64,000 bases of DNA from a virus (IMGVR_UViG_3300033076_001145:96001-160000), one strand, 5' to 3'. Positions 43,783 to 55,439 are shown, numbered from the stretch's first letter. Made by a program: numbers and translations. The notes: generated by a model from the sequence alone, not told the origin.

Positions 43783-44169
43783 TTAACGATTTAGCAAATA
43801 ATAGTATGTTAAAAATAACTGACCGTAGTGTAACACTTGGTCAAACCCAACACTTACAAAGAAGTAATGGACTTTACCTGCGGACCACAACTTACTATTC
43901 AACCGACTGGTAAAGTAATCTGTGATGGTATGAACAACCAAAGTAATCATACCAAAATAAAGTGTTGTCCAAACAATCCATTCGGTAGTCGCACCTTCTT
44001 TCATCTTACCAAATACTAAACACATTGGTAATAACCAAACCAAAGAATAGTTTGACGTATGACTCAAGAGAGCAAAATTGTTTTTACTTTTGTTTTGGGC
44101 TTGCCAGTCAGTTTGTAATACAAAGTCGGCAATCCAATGAATAAAAATGATGATAAATGAAACTAACAT
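43783..44169 (-). CDS. DUF3307-like membrane protein
   Basis: HWIADFVLQT, H.ITD, DQVLH. Confidence 0.75.
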   Translation of the reverse strand: MLVSFIIIFIHWIADFVLQTDWQAQNKSKNNFALLSHTSNYSLVWLLPMCLVFGKMKEGATTEWIVWTTLYFGMITLVVHTITDYFTSRLNSKLWSAGKVHYFFVSVGFDQVLHYGQLFLTYYYLLNR

Positions 44170-44171
44170 AA

Positions 44172-44771
44172 TTAATCTAATGAATTTGGTAAGTATAATA
44201 AAGTTGGGTTTTTGCGCTGAATATCTATTTCAGGGAAATGTTTTGCAAATTCCATAACATCAAATCTATCAGTAATGAGATGATATCCGTTTTTGGTTGG
44301 GATGGTCGCATAAATCTTATTACCTTCGGGACGGCATCTATTAATAACTCTCATAACATTCAAACGGAAGTTATCATCTTTGTTATCAACATCAACAATC
44401 CATCTTTTTTCGTGAGTTTTAATTTGTCCTACAACTGAATCAAACAATCCTTTCTGAATGTGTTGTCCGTTTCTAATTCTTTCAGCTAAAGACATCATCA
44501 TTTCTAACGATACATCCTTATGATTTTGTTTTTGGACATGGATATACGCCCGAGCTTTAAACATCTCACAAAGTTGTTTAATCTCATCGTATCGTTTGTC
44601 CAAATACTCAACACTATCAACACAATAAGTTTTGATAGTTCTTACTGACTGGTGATTGTCTCTCTCACCTTCAGGTTGGTCTTTCTTTCTTTTGAAAACA
44701 TAGAGCATATAGAAGTCACCTTCATTCTCAAAGTTCAAAAGTTGTTTTATTTGTTCTAAATTGTCAATCAT
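44172..44771 (-). CDS. Conserved phage protein, possibly AEP (primase-polymerase)-like
   Basis: WIVDVD and TKNGYH resemble AEP motifs. Confidence 0.4.
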   Translation of the reverse strand: MIDNLEQIKQLLNFENEGDFYMLYVFKRKKDQPEGERDNHQSVRTIKTYCVDSVEYLDKRYDEIKQLCEMFKARAYIHVQKQNHKDVSLEMMMSLAERIRNGQHIQKGLFDSVVGQIKTHEKRWIVDVDNKDDNFRLNVMRVINRCRPEGNKIYATIPTKNGYHLITDRFDVMEFAKHFPEIDIQRKNPTLLYLPNSLD

Positions 44772-45343
44772 TTTAGTATAAGTCTTCTGAGAATAATCCT
44801 ATTAATGGGTTGTATAGTTTATCATATTCTACTTGTCCAGCATCAATTGCAATTCTCATTGCTTCAAATCTGTCGTAGAATTTATTAAGGTTAGATAAAA
44901 AACCTTGTTCATAATCACCAACAGCGTCAGGACCATTAATCACACTTCGTAATTGTCCGAGTGTTTTCATTATGTCAATACAATGTCCGTGACGATGACC
45001 ACAAACAACAATACCTTTATCAATATTCTTTGGTAGGAATGTTTGGGTCGGTAAGTCTTTATACCATATCGCCGAACAGGTGATGTATTCCTTAGTCATT
45101 TTTATTCCAAGGTTGGTTCTTATGCTTACGCTTACGAGTATAGTCCTTCTTACTCTTTTGGATGATTGGTCGAGTTGCCATCCATATCTCTTGCATTGTT
45201 ACTTCTATAGTTTTCATCGTAGTATTTTTTTATCTGTTAGTATTCCTTAATTGTCTTTGACAAAGATAAGGCAAAATCAACGGTTACACAAATTTTTATG
45301 TAAAAAATCCCCACAAATATTTGCAGGGATTTCATAATCTTTC

Positions 45344-45455
45344 GTCTGACTCTACGGTTGGTAGGGTTTAAGACCAACTTACCCACTTGGAACCACTTAT
45401 TTGTGTTTGGAGGATGGGACATATACATTCCCTGGCTCACTCATAAATCCAAGAC
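45344..45455 (-). ncRNA. Candidate structured small RNA
   Basis: Own TATTTAT motif (45463-45469) and terminator (45302-45332); pairing ends and internal hairpins. Confidence 0.45.
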
Positions 45456-45471
45456 TTTGATAATAAATATC

Positions 45472-45864
45472 TTAAAGTTTAACCTCAAACCTGTTTTTCA
45501 TGATTTGAACCTTATCCTCAGGAACCCCATGTAAGTTTTCTCCACCGTGTCTGTTTTCAACAATCACTGAAAATACAGTGTAACCATAGGTTTTGGCCAT
45601 ATCGTAATAAGGTTTCATTTCCCAATCTTGTGTGAATGTGTTTGACACAGCAACCTTTTCGTGTTGGTTAAACATTTCATCCTCAACCATTTCCTGACAC
45701 CAAGCGTGAGCATCTTTAATCTTTGACCCATCAAAGTTATATACACCTTGTTTATTAACAAAAAACATATCAGCTTCAAACACAGGACAACCAAGTGACT
45801 GAGCAAATGTGGTCTTACCACTTCCTGGTATTCCTCTAACTATATATAATACTTTATTCATCAT
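45472..45864 (-). CDS. P-loop polynucleotide-kinase-like protein (AAA_33)
   Basis: RGIPGSGKTT, EAD.FF, VSNTFT, HGVP. Confidence 0.8.
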   Translation of the reverse strand: MMNKVLYIVRGIPGSGKTTFAQSLGCPVFEADMFFVNKQGVYNFDGSKIKDAHAWCQEMVEDEMFNQHEKVAVSNTFTQDWEMKPYYDMAKTYGYTVFSVIVENRHGGENLHGVPEDKVQIMKNRFEVKL

Positions 45865-46482
45865 AATCTTCAGGCATTTCAGATATTACATTCTTCTTCC
45901 ACCACTTTGCAAATTTACTATCTTTAAACTTACCAGTCAAATATTCTCCAAGAATAATTAATCCAATAAGGAATATAACAATGACGATACTGATGAATAA
46001 AAAAGCCTTTAAAAAGAAAAACATATTATCGGTATTTGTTATAAAGGTTATTAATAATTTCAAGTTCCTCTTCAGTCATTGAATAATACTTTGATGATAA
46101 GGTATGGAGTTTTCCCATAAATTCTTCCTCCATTTTACTTAACTTATCGTCATAACCAGGAATAAGCGGGTGTTTGGATAAATGTCCGTCTTCAATCAAG
46201 GCATTAATCAGTTCTTTAATTTCTCTACCAGAACATTCTGATACAAATTCGTCAATATCAATATCCACATCAACATCAACATTATAAACTGTGAAATTTG
46301 GCATAGTTTTTATTTTTTATTAATTAAATAAGCAATTGCAGTTTTTGGTATATTAGGATAATTTTGGTTAATCCACTCATGAATATTGACAGGTCCAACT
46401 CCCATATCTAAAATATTAAAGTTCTTGTCGGTCCTTTGTATAAGTTCAATTCTTTGTTCAACAGTCAGATTAACCTCAATTA

Positions 46483-46938
46483 TCATACAGTATGTGGTAT
46501 TGTGTGTCTTACACAGGTTTGCGGTTTTCCTTCGTTCATCCAAAAGTTATTGATGTAACCCATAATGTTAGCAGACCCGATAGGATTAGCAGAGTGGGTT
46601 AATACGATTGGGAACATTACAGGTTCTTTCTTCCTATCAAAGTAACCCATTTCCAATCTTTCAGGATATTGGGAATAAAATTCATCCACCAAGAACTTAG
46701 CTGCGTCGTATCCAGTCTTCTCACTGATGTTGTTGTAGTCCAACTTGAAGTTAGGTGACACATTGGAGTGATACTCATTCATTGCGCTGTCACCCAAGTC
46801 GTGGTCCAAAGAAATGGTTCCAATATTTTTCAAACCTAATTTCTGAACCAAATTAACAAACTCGTGATAGTTTCTTACAACCATCCAGTCTTTGTCCTTT
46901 GGTGTGCGGACATCATCCAAATAAATTTTATGTATCAT
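46483..46938 (-). CDS. Cyclic-phosphate-processing receiver-like domain protein
   Basis: IYLDDVR, ISLDHDLG, TGYD, HSANP.G. Confidence 0.7.
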   Translation of the reverse strand: MIHKIYLDDVRTPKDKDWMVVRNYHEFVNLVQKLGLKNIGTISLDHDLGDSAMNEYHSNVSPNFKLDYNNISEKTGYDAAKFLVDEFYSQYPERLEMGYFDRKKEPVMFPIVLTHSANPIGSANIMGYINNFWMNEGKPQTCVRHTIPHTV

Positions 46939-48568
46939 TTTATTTATTTCTTAAATTATCAAAAGCTTCGTCCAACCTTACTTTACCAACATTCATCCCC
47001 CACATTTCAAACACAAAGAAGAATAACCACCAATCGTAATCAATCAGTTCAGTGATTTTCACACCACCAAAGACTGAATACAATAGAATAAACAAGAAGT
47101 ATAGTGGTATTAAAACATATACCACCACCCAAAACCAATTAAAGAATTTTTTCATATATTATATTTTTTACAAAGATAGATTTTTTTGATTGAACTTCCA
47201 AATTTTATTTCAATTTGATTTCAACATTTGTTTTAAAGTCAGGTTTGTTATTAATGTGATACATTATAGATGTGTCGACGGAAAATACTTTATTACTAAC
47301 ACTATCTTCCCACACAAAATAAACCTTAACCGAGTCTCCGATTGGTTGGTAGGCCACGGGGTGTGCCATTCTTGTTTCCTGTCTCTTTGGTTTTTTTGTA
47401 GTTGATGATACTGCAATCATAAACATTAAAAAACTGAAGAGTATTAAAAGGATAATTTCTCTGTATTTATTCTTTTCCATATCATTCATCTATACAAGAA
47501 TACATCCAAGCATAATCATTATATTCTATGGCAATAAACACTCCCTCAGTTCCTTTAATCGGACCCATATATAAATTACACTTAATTCCGTTATCATCAG
47601 ACATTCTATATTGGACCCCATCAACAGTCTCATTTAATTTTGCGATGACATGATAATGTTGTAATGTTTTACTATAAACAAAAACATCATTTTCTTTAAT
47701 CTCGATTAAGATGTTACACTCACTAGGAGAACCATTCCAAACAATTTCATTTGTTGTGAAATCTCTATGACCATATGTGAATAAAAGTGCTCGAGCATGA
47801 GCGGTCTGAGCAATTGTTGTTAAAGTTAAAAACAACAATGTAAAGAGGGTTATTAGTTTTTTCATTTGACAAATATACAAATTAATAATGTAAATCCAAA
47901 TAAAGATTGTTATCATCTTTATATTTTACACAACTCCAAGCAGGATGATATTGTTCTTTCAAATCGTCAGTTAATTCTTCAATGAATTTTGAAGGGTCTT
48001 CCATATCATACTTTGGGTGTTCTCCGTTTTTTCTTCGACGGATTTCTTCTTCCATTCGGATATTATTCTCCTTACTCATATGATAATGATACCCTTCTTT
48101 CAATACAACACCCCATCCGTTCTTCTCATAATACCTATCCTCAACTCTTTGGGTTAGGACAAGAGCATCGTCAGGTAGTTCGGGATGTTGTTCCAAAAAC
48201 TTTTTAAGTCGTCCCACAGTAAGATAATCCTTATATCTACTTAGGTCTTCAATTACATTTATTTTCTTATCAGTATCCATAGTCCAAAATCAAAACATAA
48301 AAAATTAATTCCGATATTATATCTAGTTCCGTAACTCTTGGTTAGGAATGGTGTCGGTATCAAAACAACTTGTTTAAAATCTTTATCCCAAGTTGTAAAA
48401 AAGAATGGTATTATTTTCATATTATTCCTAGTTTTTGTCTTAAATGTTTTGCCTTTTCTCTTAATGGTTGATACACATCATCATTACTTGCTTTATGTCC
48501 CTGAAATACTGCTCTGGTACATATAGTTTCAATCCTGATGATTTCACTTATCATTTCTTGGTCTGTCA

Positions 48569-49327
48569 TTACGATAGGTATTTTGATAAATTAATCGCAG
48601 CTTGTTTAGATTGTCTCCAACTTTTGATAACTTCTTTACCTCTTAGGTTAAACGGCATAACAGCTTTAATTCCGTCACCATAGATATATTTTTTATCAAA
48701 GTCGTCACCCATTTTGTATGACTTTTTATATTTTTTCCAATACTTGTCAAACTCTTTTTTATCGTAGTCCTCAACAACTGGATTATAATCTTCTTCAAAC
48801 AATCTATCACCAATCTTGAATGTTGCACCTCCACGATGAGTGTAGCCATAGTATCCAACAACATCATTATCCGGAACTAAATCAATTGAATGATATTTTA
48901 TACCATACCTTTTGAAGTAGTTATTTTCTTTTAGTTGGATTGCCGCTCCATGTGGGTAGTCCTCACATACAACAAGATTATTATTGTAATACCACCAAGC
49001 GGTTTTAATGTCCCCAATATAAAGTCCATCCTCTGTCAAAAAAGAGTTCTCCAAAGTATATTCACCCTCGTTACCAAATTTATGAGTTCCAATAACACCG
49101 CCTGTGTATTTTTCAATCAGTTCAATCTTCTTGGGGTCAATGTTACTTGGTCCTCCTTCCATTACCTGTCTTGGTATCATACGAGACACCAACTTGGTAA
49201 ATCCAAGATTGAGATGAACTTTATTTAATACGCCGCTTTGACTACCTGAATAGTACGGGTATTTCTCAAACTTGAGAATTAATTTACCAAGATATGGTGT
49301 TGTGTTTTTAATTAACTTTTCTATCAT
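48569..49327 (-). CDS. Conserved hypothetical phage protein
   Basis: GYTHRG...FKIGD motif. Confidence 0.6.
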   Translation of the reverse strand: MIEKLIKNTTPYLGKLILKFEKYPYYSGSQSGVLNKVHLNLGFTKLVSRMIPRQVMEGGPSNIDPKKIELIEKYTGGVIGTHKFGNEGEYTLENSFLTEDGLYIGDIKTAWWYYNNNLVVCEDYPHGAAIQLKENNYFKRYGIKYHSIDLVPDNDVVGYYGYTHRGGATFKIGDRLFEEDYNPVVEDYDKKEFDKYWKKYKKSYKMGDDFDKKYIYGDGIKAVMPFNLRGKEVIKSWRQSKQAAINLSKYLS

Positions 49328-49567
49328 TATCGTATGTTTCTTAAACTCATTATTTTTGTCTCCGAGAATGGGTAATACTCTGCCGAAATTATCTGACCAG
49401 TAGTATCAATCACTATAAAGTCATACCCTTGTTGTTGTATTAGCCCTGTCGCCGGCTCAATCTTACAATTAGGATAAACCGATTGTAGATGTGATTGTCG
49501 TTTAGTTTGGTCCGCACAACTCATAAGTCCTATTGAAAGTGCGAGTATTAATAGTTTGTTTTTCATA

Positions 49568-50266
49568 TTATTTATCAGAGTTTAATAATCTTTCAAGGTG
49601 GTGGTCGTCAGGCATATCTGACAACAGCTCACGATTTTTCATTAGTGGGACAATCTCCCTCAACAAATTATAAGGGCGAAATTCAGGATGTCCATCAAAT
49701 CCCACATCCATTTTCTTTCCATTACCAAACTTTCTTTCATTTGGTAAATGAACATGCCCGTGTAAGTGAATTACACCTTTATTCATACCATCCCAACTTT
49801 GGATTGGGTAGTGCATACATACGAACTCTTGTCTTTTGGTTTCACCTTTTTTGATTGGTTCCATCACCACAATCCGTAGGTATTCTGAAACAGAACTAAA
49901 GATTGATTGTATGTTCTCCCTGTTTCTCTCAATGTGGTGGTCGTGGTTACCCAAAACCAAATGGACATTCTTACACACAATTCTATCACGGAATTGTTTG
50001 ATGAACTCAAATCCACCAAATGACCAGTCACCAAGACAAATCAATACATCATCCTGTCCGACATTCCAATTAATCCCATCAAGAATTGCTTGGTTCATTC
50101 TTTCAAGTGTATCAAAGTCACGAGTTTGGTCAACAGGGACCTCACCATCAAGTGTTCTCCAGTTGGTAGTTCCACGACAAATGTTTTTGTGGTTGTAGTG
50201 CGGGTCAGAACATATCCAAATGTTTGGGAATACTCCTTTTATATCTTGTTCAATTTTTAATATCAT
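49568..50266 (-). CDS. Calcineurin-like metallophosphoesterase
   Basis: SDPHYNH, LGD, LGNHD, HYP, HGHVH, DVG.D. Confidence 0.88.
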   Translation of the reverse strand: MILKIEQDIKGVFPNIWICSDPHYNHKNICRGTTNWRTLDGEVPVDQTRDFDTLERMNQAILDGINWNVGQDDVLICLGDWSFGGFEFIKQFRDRIVCKNVHLVLGNHDHHIERNRENIQSIFSSVSEYLRIVVMEPIKKGETKRQEFVCMHYPIQSWDGMNKGVIHLHGHVHLPNERKFGNGKKMDVGFDGHPEFRPYNLLREIVPLMKNRELLSDMPDDHHLERLLNSDK

Positions 50267-50283
50267 AGTGCAAAGATAATGTA

Positions 50284-50676
50284 TTAAACCTCTTCTTCCT
50301 CAAAATATTTTATTAATTTACTTGCAGTCGCATAATTTGTTGCGATTGGTGTGTCATGAACATTACAAAGTCTAAGTAACATCTGAACATCAACCTCATG
50401 TGGGTGTGATGACAACGGGTCCATAAAGAATATTACACAATCAATTTCTTTGGTAACAATCTTTGACGCAATTTGAGCATCCCCACCCATTGGCCCTGAC
50501 AAAAATCTTTCAACATTAAGTCCAGCAAACTCAATATGTTTTCCTGTTGTTCCAGTTGCAAGAATGTGAGCGTTGTGTTTGAAGAAATCTAGTCGTTTCA
50601 TAATGAAGGCAACCATGTCAGCCTTCTTGTTGTCGTGAGCGATTACCGCAATATTTAATTTATTAATCTTTTTCAT
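50284..50676 (-). CDS. mgsA: Methylglyoxal synthase
   Basis: IAHD.KK, ATGTTG, SGPMGGDAQI, DPL..HPHEVDV..LLRLC.V...PIATN. Confidence 0.92.
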   Translation of the reverse strand: MKKINKLNIAVIAHDNKKADMVAFIMKRLDFFKHNAHILATGTTGKHIEFAGLNVERFLSGPMGGDAQIASKIVTKEIDCVIFFMDPLSSHPHEVDVQMLLRLCNVHDTPIATNYATASKLIKYFEEEEV

Positions 50677-50685
50677 AATATTAAA

Positions 50686-51134
50686 AAGTTACAAGGGTTC
50701 CAATTTATTTTATCCCTTTAACAGGTCTTTATTTTTTTTGATATCAAAATAGGTATCAATTAATTTATCAATTCGTTTGTCAGTATATGAGTTGGACTCC
50801 TTAATAGAGTCGGAAACTTTGGTGTCCATACCTCTCCATATATCTACCAATTGTCTTTCCAATCTGTCATTATATTCCCTAAAATCAGATTGAATGTTTT
50901 GTCTTTCACTATCAATACGACGAGTAGTATATTCAATTTCCTGAGAAATTGTCCTCAATAATCCTTGAATATCTTCTCTCAGATTTCCAATTTCTGTTTG
51001 TTGTTTGTTAATCTTAAACATACCCCAAGTAATTACCCCAATAAAAATTAGAGCAAAAACCGAGAGCATACCTAAAACAAAATAAGTTGTTTCCATAATA
51101 TTTTCTCCTTTATTTCAAAGAACCCTTGTAACTT
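50686..51134. repeat. Perfect 15-bp inverted repeats flanking ORF 50710..51096
   Basis: AAGTTACAAGGGTTC (50686-50700) / GAACCCTTGTAACTT (51120-51134). Confidence 0.8.
50710..51096 (-). CDS. N-terminal TM plus coiled-coil protein
   Basis: Hydrophobic N-terminus; SYTDKRIDKL tail. Confidence 0.65.
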   Translation of the reverse strand: METTYFVLGMLSVFALIFIGVITWGMFKINKQQTEIGNLREDIQGLLRTISQEIEYTTRRIDSERQNIQSDFREYNDRLERQLVDIWRGMDTKVSDSIKESNSYTDKRIDKLIDTYFDIKKNKDLLKG

Positions 51135-51403
51135 CTAAGAAAATATAATAAAGGAATTTTAACTAATCAACCAGATTAATATATCAATAATACTCATTAC
51201 GAAAAATGCAATCGTAAATTCACCAAAGAGACCAATCAGTTCAATTTCAAAATCAATATAATAAACTTTTTTCTTATAATAATTCCAAAACCTAACAAAG
51301 AAAGTCACAAATAGACACTGAAGGATAAAGTTCGTCATTTTACAAATATAAACAAAAAACCCCACCTAATAAAGATGGGGTTTTCAACAATTATGTTTTA
51401 GTA

Positions 51404-53275
51404 TTATTTAACTTCCTCAAAATCTACATCATTCACCTCAGCGTCCTGACCATTCATATTCTCAGTCATTTCTTGTACTTGTGAGTAAATCTTTTCAGAT
51501 ACCTTTTGGAAAGATGTATTAACTTTCTCCATACCTTCTTTGATTTTCTCAATGTCCTTTGATGAATGAGCTGACTTTAGTTCGTCAATTGCCGATGTCA
51601 ATTCAGTCTTTTCTTCTTCTGACAACTTATCTTCCAAATCTTTCATTGTCTTTTCAGTTTGGAAAATTAATCCGTCAGCTTGGTTGATTACCTCAGCATC
51701 TTCTTTGGCTTTCTTGTCAGCATCTGCGTTCATTTCAGCTTCTTGTTTCATTCTTTCAATTTCGTCTTTTGAAAGTCCTGATGACGCTTCAATGCGAATG
51801 TTTTGTTGTTTGTTGGTTCCCTTATCAATTGCCGATACATTAATAATACCATTAGCATCAATGTCAAACACAACTTCAATTTGTGGAACACCTCTCATTG
51901 CCGGTGGAAGACCATCCAAGTGGAAACGACCAATGGTTCGGTTGTCTCTAGCCATTGCTCTTTCTCCCTGTAACACATGGATTTCAACTGATGGTTGGTT
52001 ATCAACTGCGGTTGAGAATACTTGTGATTTCTTGGTTGGGATTGTCGTGTTTGATTCAATCAACTTTGTGAATACTCCACCCATTGTTTCAATACCAAGT
52101 GATAGTGGTGTAACATCTAACAACAATACATCCTTAACATCACCGGCCAATACTCCGCCTTGGATTGCCGCTCCAAGAGCAACTACCTCATCAGGATTAA
52201 CACCCTTTGATGGTTCCTTACCAAAGAATTTCTTAACCGCTTCTTGGATTGCTGGAATACGAGTTGAACCTCCAACCAAAATGATTTCGTCAATTTCTCC
52301 AACTGTAAGGTTTGCGTTTGCCATAGCTTTCTTACAAGGTTCAATTGTTCTTTGAACCAAACTATCAACAAGTTGTTCAAACTTTGCCTTTGTCAATGTT
52401 CTAACCAAGTGTTTTGGAACACCATCAACTGGCATAATGTATGGTAAGTTGATTTCAGTTGAAGGTGAAGATGACAATTCAATCTTTGCCTTCTCAGCCC
52501 CTTCACGAAGTCTTTGTAACGCCATTGGGTCTTTGGTTAAATCCAATCCATTCTCGTCTTGGAATTCTTTTACTAACCAATCAACAATTGCTTGGTCAAA
52601 GTCATCACCACCCAAGTGAGTGTCTCCGTCTGTTGCCAGTACCTCAAACACACCGTCACCAAGTTCCAATACAGATACATCGTGAGTTCCACCACCACAG
52701 TCAAATACCACAACTTTTAAATCTTTTGATTGTTTGTCTAAACCATATGATAGACATGCTGCGGTTGGTTCGTTGATAAGTCTCAATACTTTAAGACCTG
52801 CAATTTCAGCAGCTTCCTTTGTTGCTTGTCTTTGTGAGTCATTGAAGTATGCTGGAACTGTAATAACAGCTTCAGTAACTTCACTTCCCAAATAATCTTC
52901 AGCCGTTTGTTTCATCTTTTGTAAAACCATTGCTGAGATTTCTTGTGGAGAATATTTTCTTCCCTCAATATCTACTCTTGGTGTATCTCCCTCACCTTTA
53001 ACTACCTTATATGGAACACGCTTAACTTCACCTTTACTTTCGGTGAAACTTGTTCCCATAAATCGTTTGATTGAATAAATTGTTTTATCTGGGTTTGTAA
53101 CCGCTTGTCTTTTCGCTGGGTCACCAACCTTTCTCTCACCATCTTTAACGAAACCCACAATTGAAGGTGTGGTTCTTTTACCTTCACTGTTTGTAATTAC
53201 GATAGGCTCTGAGCCTTCCATGATTGCGACACACGAATTTGTTGTGCCTAAATCCACGCCAATTATTTTTCCCAT
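51404..53275 (-). CDS. dnaK: Chaperone DnaK (Hsp70)
   Basis: [62 protein letters not shown]. Confidence 0.97.
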   Translation of the reverse strand: MGKIIGVDLGTTNSCVAIMEGSEPIVITNSEGKRTTPSIVGFVKDGERKVGDPAKRQAVTNPDKTIYSIKRFMGTSFTESKGEVKRVPYKVVKGEGDTPRVDIEGRKYSPQEISAMVLQKMKQTAEDYLGSEVTEAVITVPAYFNDSQRQATKEAAEIAGLKVLRLINEPTAACLSYGLDKQSKDLKVVVFDCGGGTHDVSVLELGDGVFEVLATDGDTHLGGDDFDQAIVDWLVKEFQDENGLDLTKDPMALQRLREGAEKAKIELSSSPSTEINLPYIMPVDGVPKHLVRTLTKAKFEQLVDSLVQRTIEPCKKAMANANLTVGEIDEIILVGGSTRIPAIQEAVKKFFGKEPSKGVNPDEVVALGAAIQGGVLAGDVKDVLLLDVTPLSLGIETMGGVFTKLIESNTTIPTKKSQVFSTAVDNQPSVEIHVLQGERAMARDNRTIGRFHLDGLPPAMRGVPQIEVVFDIDANGIINVSAIDKGTNKQQNIRIEASSGLSKDEIERMKQEAEMNADADKKAKEDAEVINQADGLIFQTEKTMKDLEDKLSEEEKTELTSAIDELKSAHSSKDIEKIKEGMEKVNTSFQKVSEKIYSQVQEMTENMNGQDAEVNDVDFEEVK

Positions 53276-53365
53276 AGTTTAACTTAATTTTGTTTAATTA
53301 TATAAAATTTATTTTATGGAGTCAAATCCGAAACCCCATTATTAAACAATGTGCCAATACAAAAA

Positions 53366-53386
53366 AACTGACATTCTGTCAGTTTA
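53366..53386. terminator. AAACTGACA-ttc-TGTCAGTTT palindrome upstream of dnaK (terminator and/or operator)
   Basis: Perfect inverted repeat with minus-strand T-tract, followed by TGGCAC. Confidence 0.55.
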
Positions 53387-53782
53387 TTAGAAATTAAAAA
53401 TCAAAACTTTTTATATCAATGTCAGATAATTCAGGGAAATTGTGTTCAAACCACACTCTAAATGGGTCATGCCAAAGTGACCCAAAAGTACTAGTTAGTT
53501 CTCTACTATATGGTTTATAAAGAGAAATAAGTGGTGAGTTTTCAATTAAATCAACACCTTTATCCCAATAATTGGGTAAATAAATCCTAAAAATTAAACT
53601 ATAATTACCATCATAAACACTTATCGCCGTAGTTTTGTTAGTTCTCTTGTCTCCATGGTATAAATCCCCATCTTCATCAGGGTCACTATATTCAACCCTT
53701 GTTTCTTCAGGCATTAAATCTTCAATATAATCATAGATTAGATTAAACATTCTTGCTTCTTGGGAACTGTTTATTTTAATCT

Positions 53783-54883
53783 TCATATTAAACCATATAA
53801 TTTTGCAAGTTTAACATAATATTCTTTGGCTCTTTTTTTAAATACTCTCTCCCAATGTTCAAAGAATAATACCGGATTATCCAGTATTTTTTCACTAAGC
53901 CCTCTATATGGATTTACTGTTAAACCATTTTTAATCATAAAGTCCCTTATTTTATCAGTCCATATATTCCAATCAGATATAGTGTCTCTACTATACTCCC
54001 ATGACTGAGGAAGTCTGAAAATGTCATCAAGTCCCTTAATTTCTCTATAACTATTAATAATTTTTTCAGCCGAGAAATTTCTTAATCTTTTAATATCTTC
54101 CCAAGCATCAGTCTTTTTTAGAGCTTCAATAAACTCCTGATTTGTTTTTGGGGATTTGGATTTTATAACTCTTAGAGCTTGTGGTATTCTAGCTTGGTGT
54201 TCAAATCTTAATGAAAGATACAAAACATGTAGAAATTCATTGAACTCTTTACTAAAGTCTTCCCTTAAATGACTCGCCATAGTATTGGTAACATTTTCCT
54301 TACCAAATCCAATTTCACCAGATTTAATGTATTTTGCATAGAGTTGAAAGTCGTGGAACACCTCATGAGCAATTGTCGCTTCAACTTTAACTTTTAAATT
54401 ATCAGTTCTGACAAAATCACTCTCACCCGTAATAATACCAAACTCGAACTTACCAATATCAAAAACATTTCCCAATGTCTCCAAATTTCTTACCTCAAAC
54501 TTACCAAGGTCAAAACTATGAGCCCCATTTACTATTGGCATATTTTTAGAGACATGTTGAGCGGCTTCATCATCTACAACATCAACCGTAATTAAAACTT
54601 CGTTTTTATACATAGGAAATTTCTTCCACTCTTCCATATTGAACTTTGGGTGGTTTTTAACAAACTCCCATGATTCATCTTTTGAAACTAATGTTTCATA
54701 TTTTTTAATTAGGGTTGGTCCATAATCGGTGATACTCCCCGGCACTTCTTTATAAGAATTTGAAAGACGAAGAGCCTGAGCTTCTTGCATCACCATATCG
54801 GTGAAAATATCTGTAATCATCTCAATTTGAGATGGGACACCTAACGCCTCATTTAGTAGAACCTGAATCCTTTGGTCTATCAT
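53783..54883 (-). CDS. HExxH-motif protein (putative metallopeptidase-like)
   Basis: IAHEVFH and downstream E..A; LNE leader. Confidence 0.55.
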   Translation of the reverse strand: MIDQRIQVLLNEALGVPSQIEMITDIFTDMVMQEAQALRLSNSYKEVPGSITDYGPTLIKKYETLVSKDESWEFVKNHPKFNMEEWKKFPMYKNEVLITVDVVDDEAAQHVSKNMPIVNGAHSFDLGKFEVRNLETLGNVFDIGKFEFGIITGESDFVRTDNLKVKVEATIAHEVFHDFQLYAKYIKSGEIGFGKENVTNTMASHLREDFSKEFNEFLHVLYLSLRFEHQARIPQALRVIKSKSPKTNQEFIEALKKTDAWEDIKRLRNFSAEKIINSYREIKGLDDIFRLPQSWEYSRDTISDWNIWTDKIRDFMIKNGLTVNPYRGLSEKILDNPVLFFEHWERVFKKRAKEYYVKLAKLYGLI

Positions 54884-55062
54884 TATTTTTTGTTACCTTA
54901 ATAAGATTATCAGTCATCCACTTCTGAGGGATGTCAGTCTTAGTTAATAATTCCATTAACTGTTTTTTGGTTAAATTTTCAAGTGGGGTTTTCATACCGC
55001 TAATATAGAAATAAATATTAACAAAAACAAAAAACCCCTCCATAAAAGAAGGGGTTTAGTTG

Positions 55063-55345
55063 TAGCTGAGGCGGGGGTCGAACCCGCACGGGCGTTATGC
55101 CCACAAGATTTTCTTACCACTATAGTTTTCACTACCCTTTCGGTTTGTAGTCTGGACTATACCTTAACCATATCATTTCTGATTTAGGTTCTCCGTGTCT
55201 AGTCTCTACACCTTCCCTTTCGGGCTTGGCTCGGGGTTCCCAGATTAAAGGGTTCACCGAATTTACGGAGTTCTACTTAAAGAGTTTCCTCTTTAGCACT
55301 CAAATAGTTAAAGTCTTGCATGTATACCTATTTCATCACTCAGCC
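55063..55345 (-). tRNA. trnL: tRNA-Leu(UAA) interrupted by a group I intron
   Basis: Exons 55345-55311 and 55112-55063; acceptor GGCTGAG/CTCAGCT, anticodon arm CAAGA-CTT^AAAA-TCTTG, long variable arm, GGTTCGA T-loop. Confidence 0.9.
55113..55310 (-). ncRNA. ORF-less group I intron (198 nt) in the tRNA-Leu anticodon
   Basis: Follows U, ends in G; P AAATTCGGTGAA, Q AACCCCGAGCCAAG, R GTAGAGACTAGACACGG, S AAGGTATAGTCC. Confidence 0.88.
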
Positions 55346-55365
55346 ATTAAATAAAGAACATTTTG

Positions 55366-55439
55366 TGCGCCCTGCAGGACTCGAACCTGCGACCTCCTCT
55401 TTATGAGAGAGTTTTTCTAACCAACTGAAATAAGAGCGC
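55366..55439 (-). tRNA. tRNA with CAT anticodon (Ile2-like or elongator Met)
   Basis: GCGCTCT/AGGGCGC acceptor, CTCATAA loop, GCAGG-TTCGAGT-CCTGC T-arm. Confidence 0.85.

Noticed and set aside
51684-52776. Plus-strand ORFs of 223 and 105 aa
   Set aside because: Antisense shadows of dnaK; the same applies to most short ORFs overlapping longer genes (e.g. 5368, 36793, 42258, 49836).
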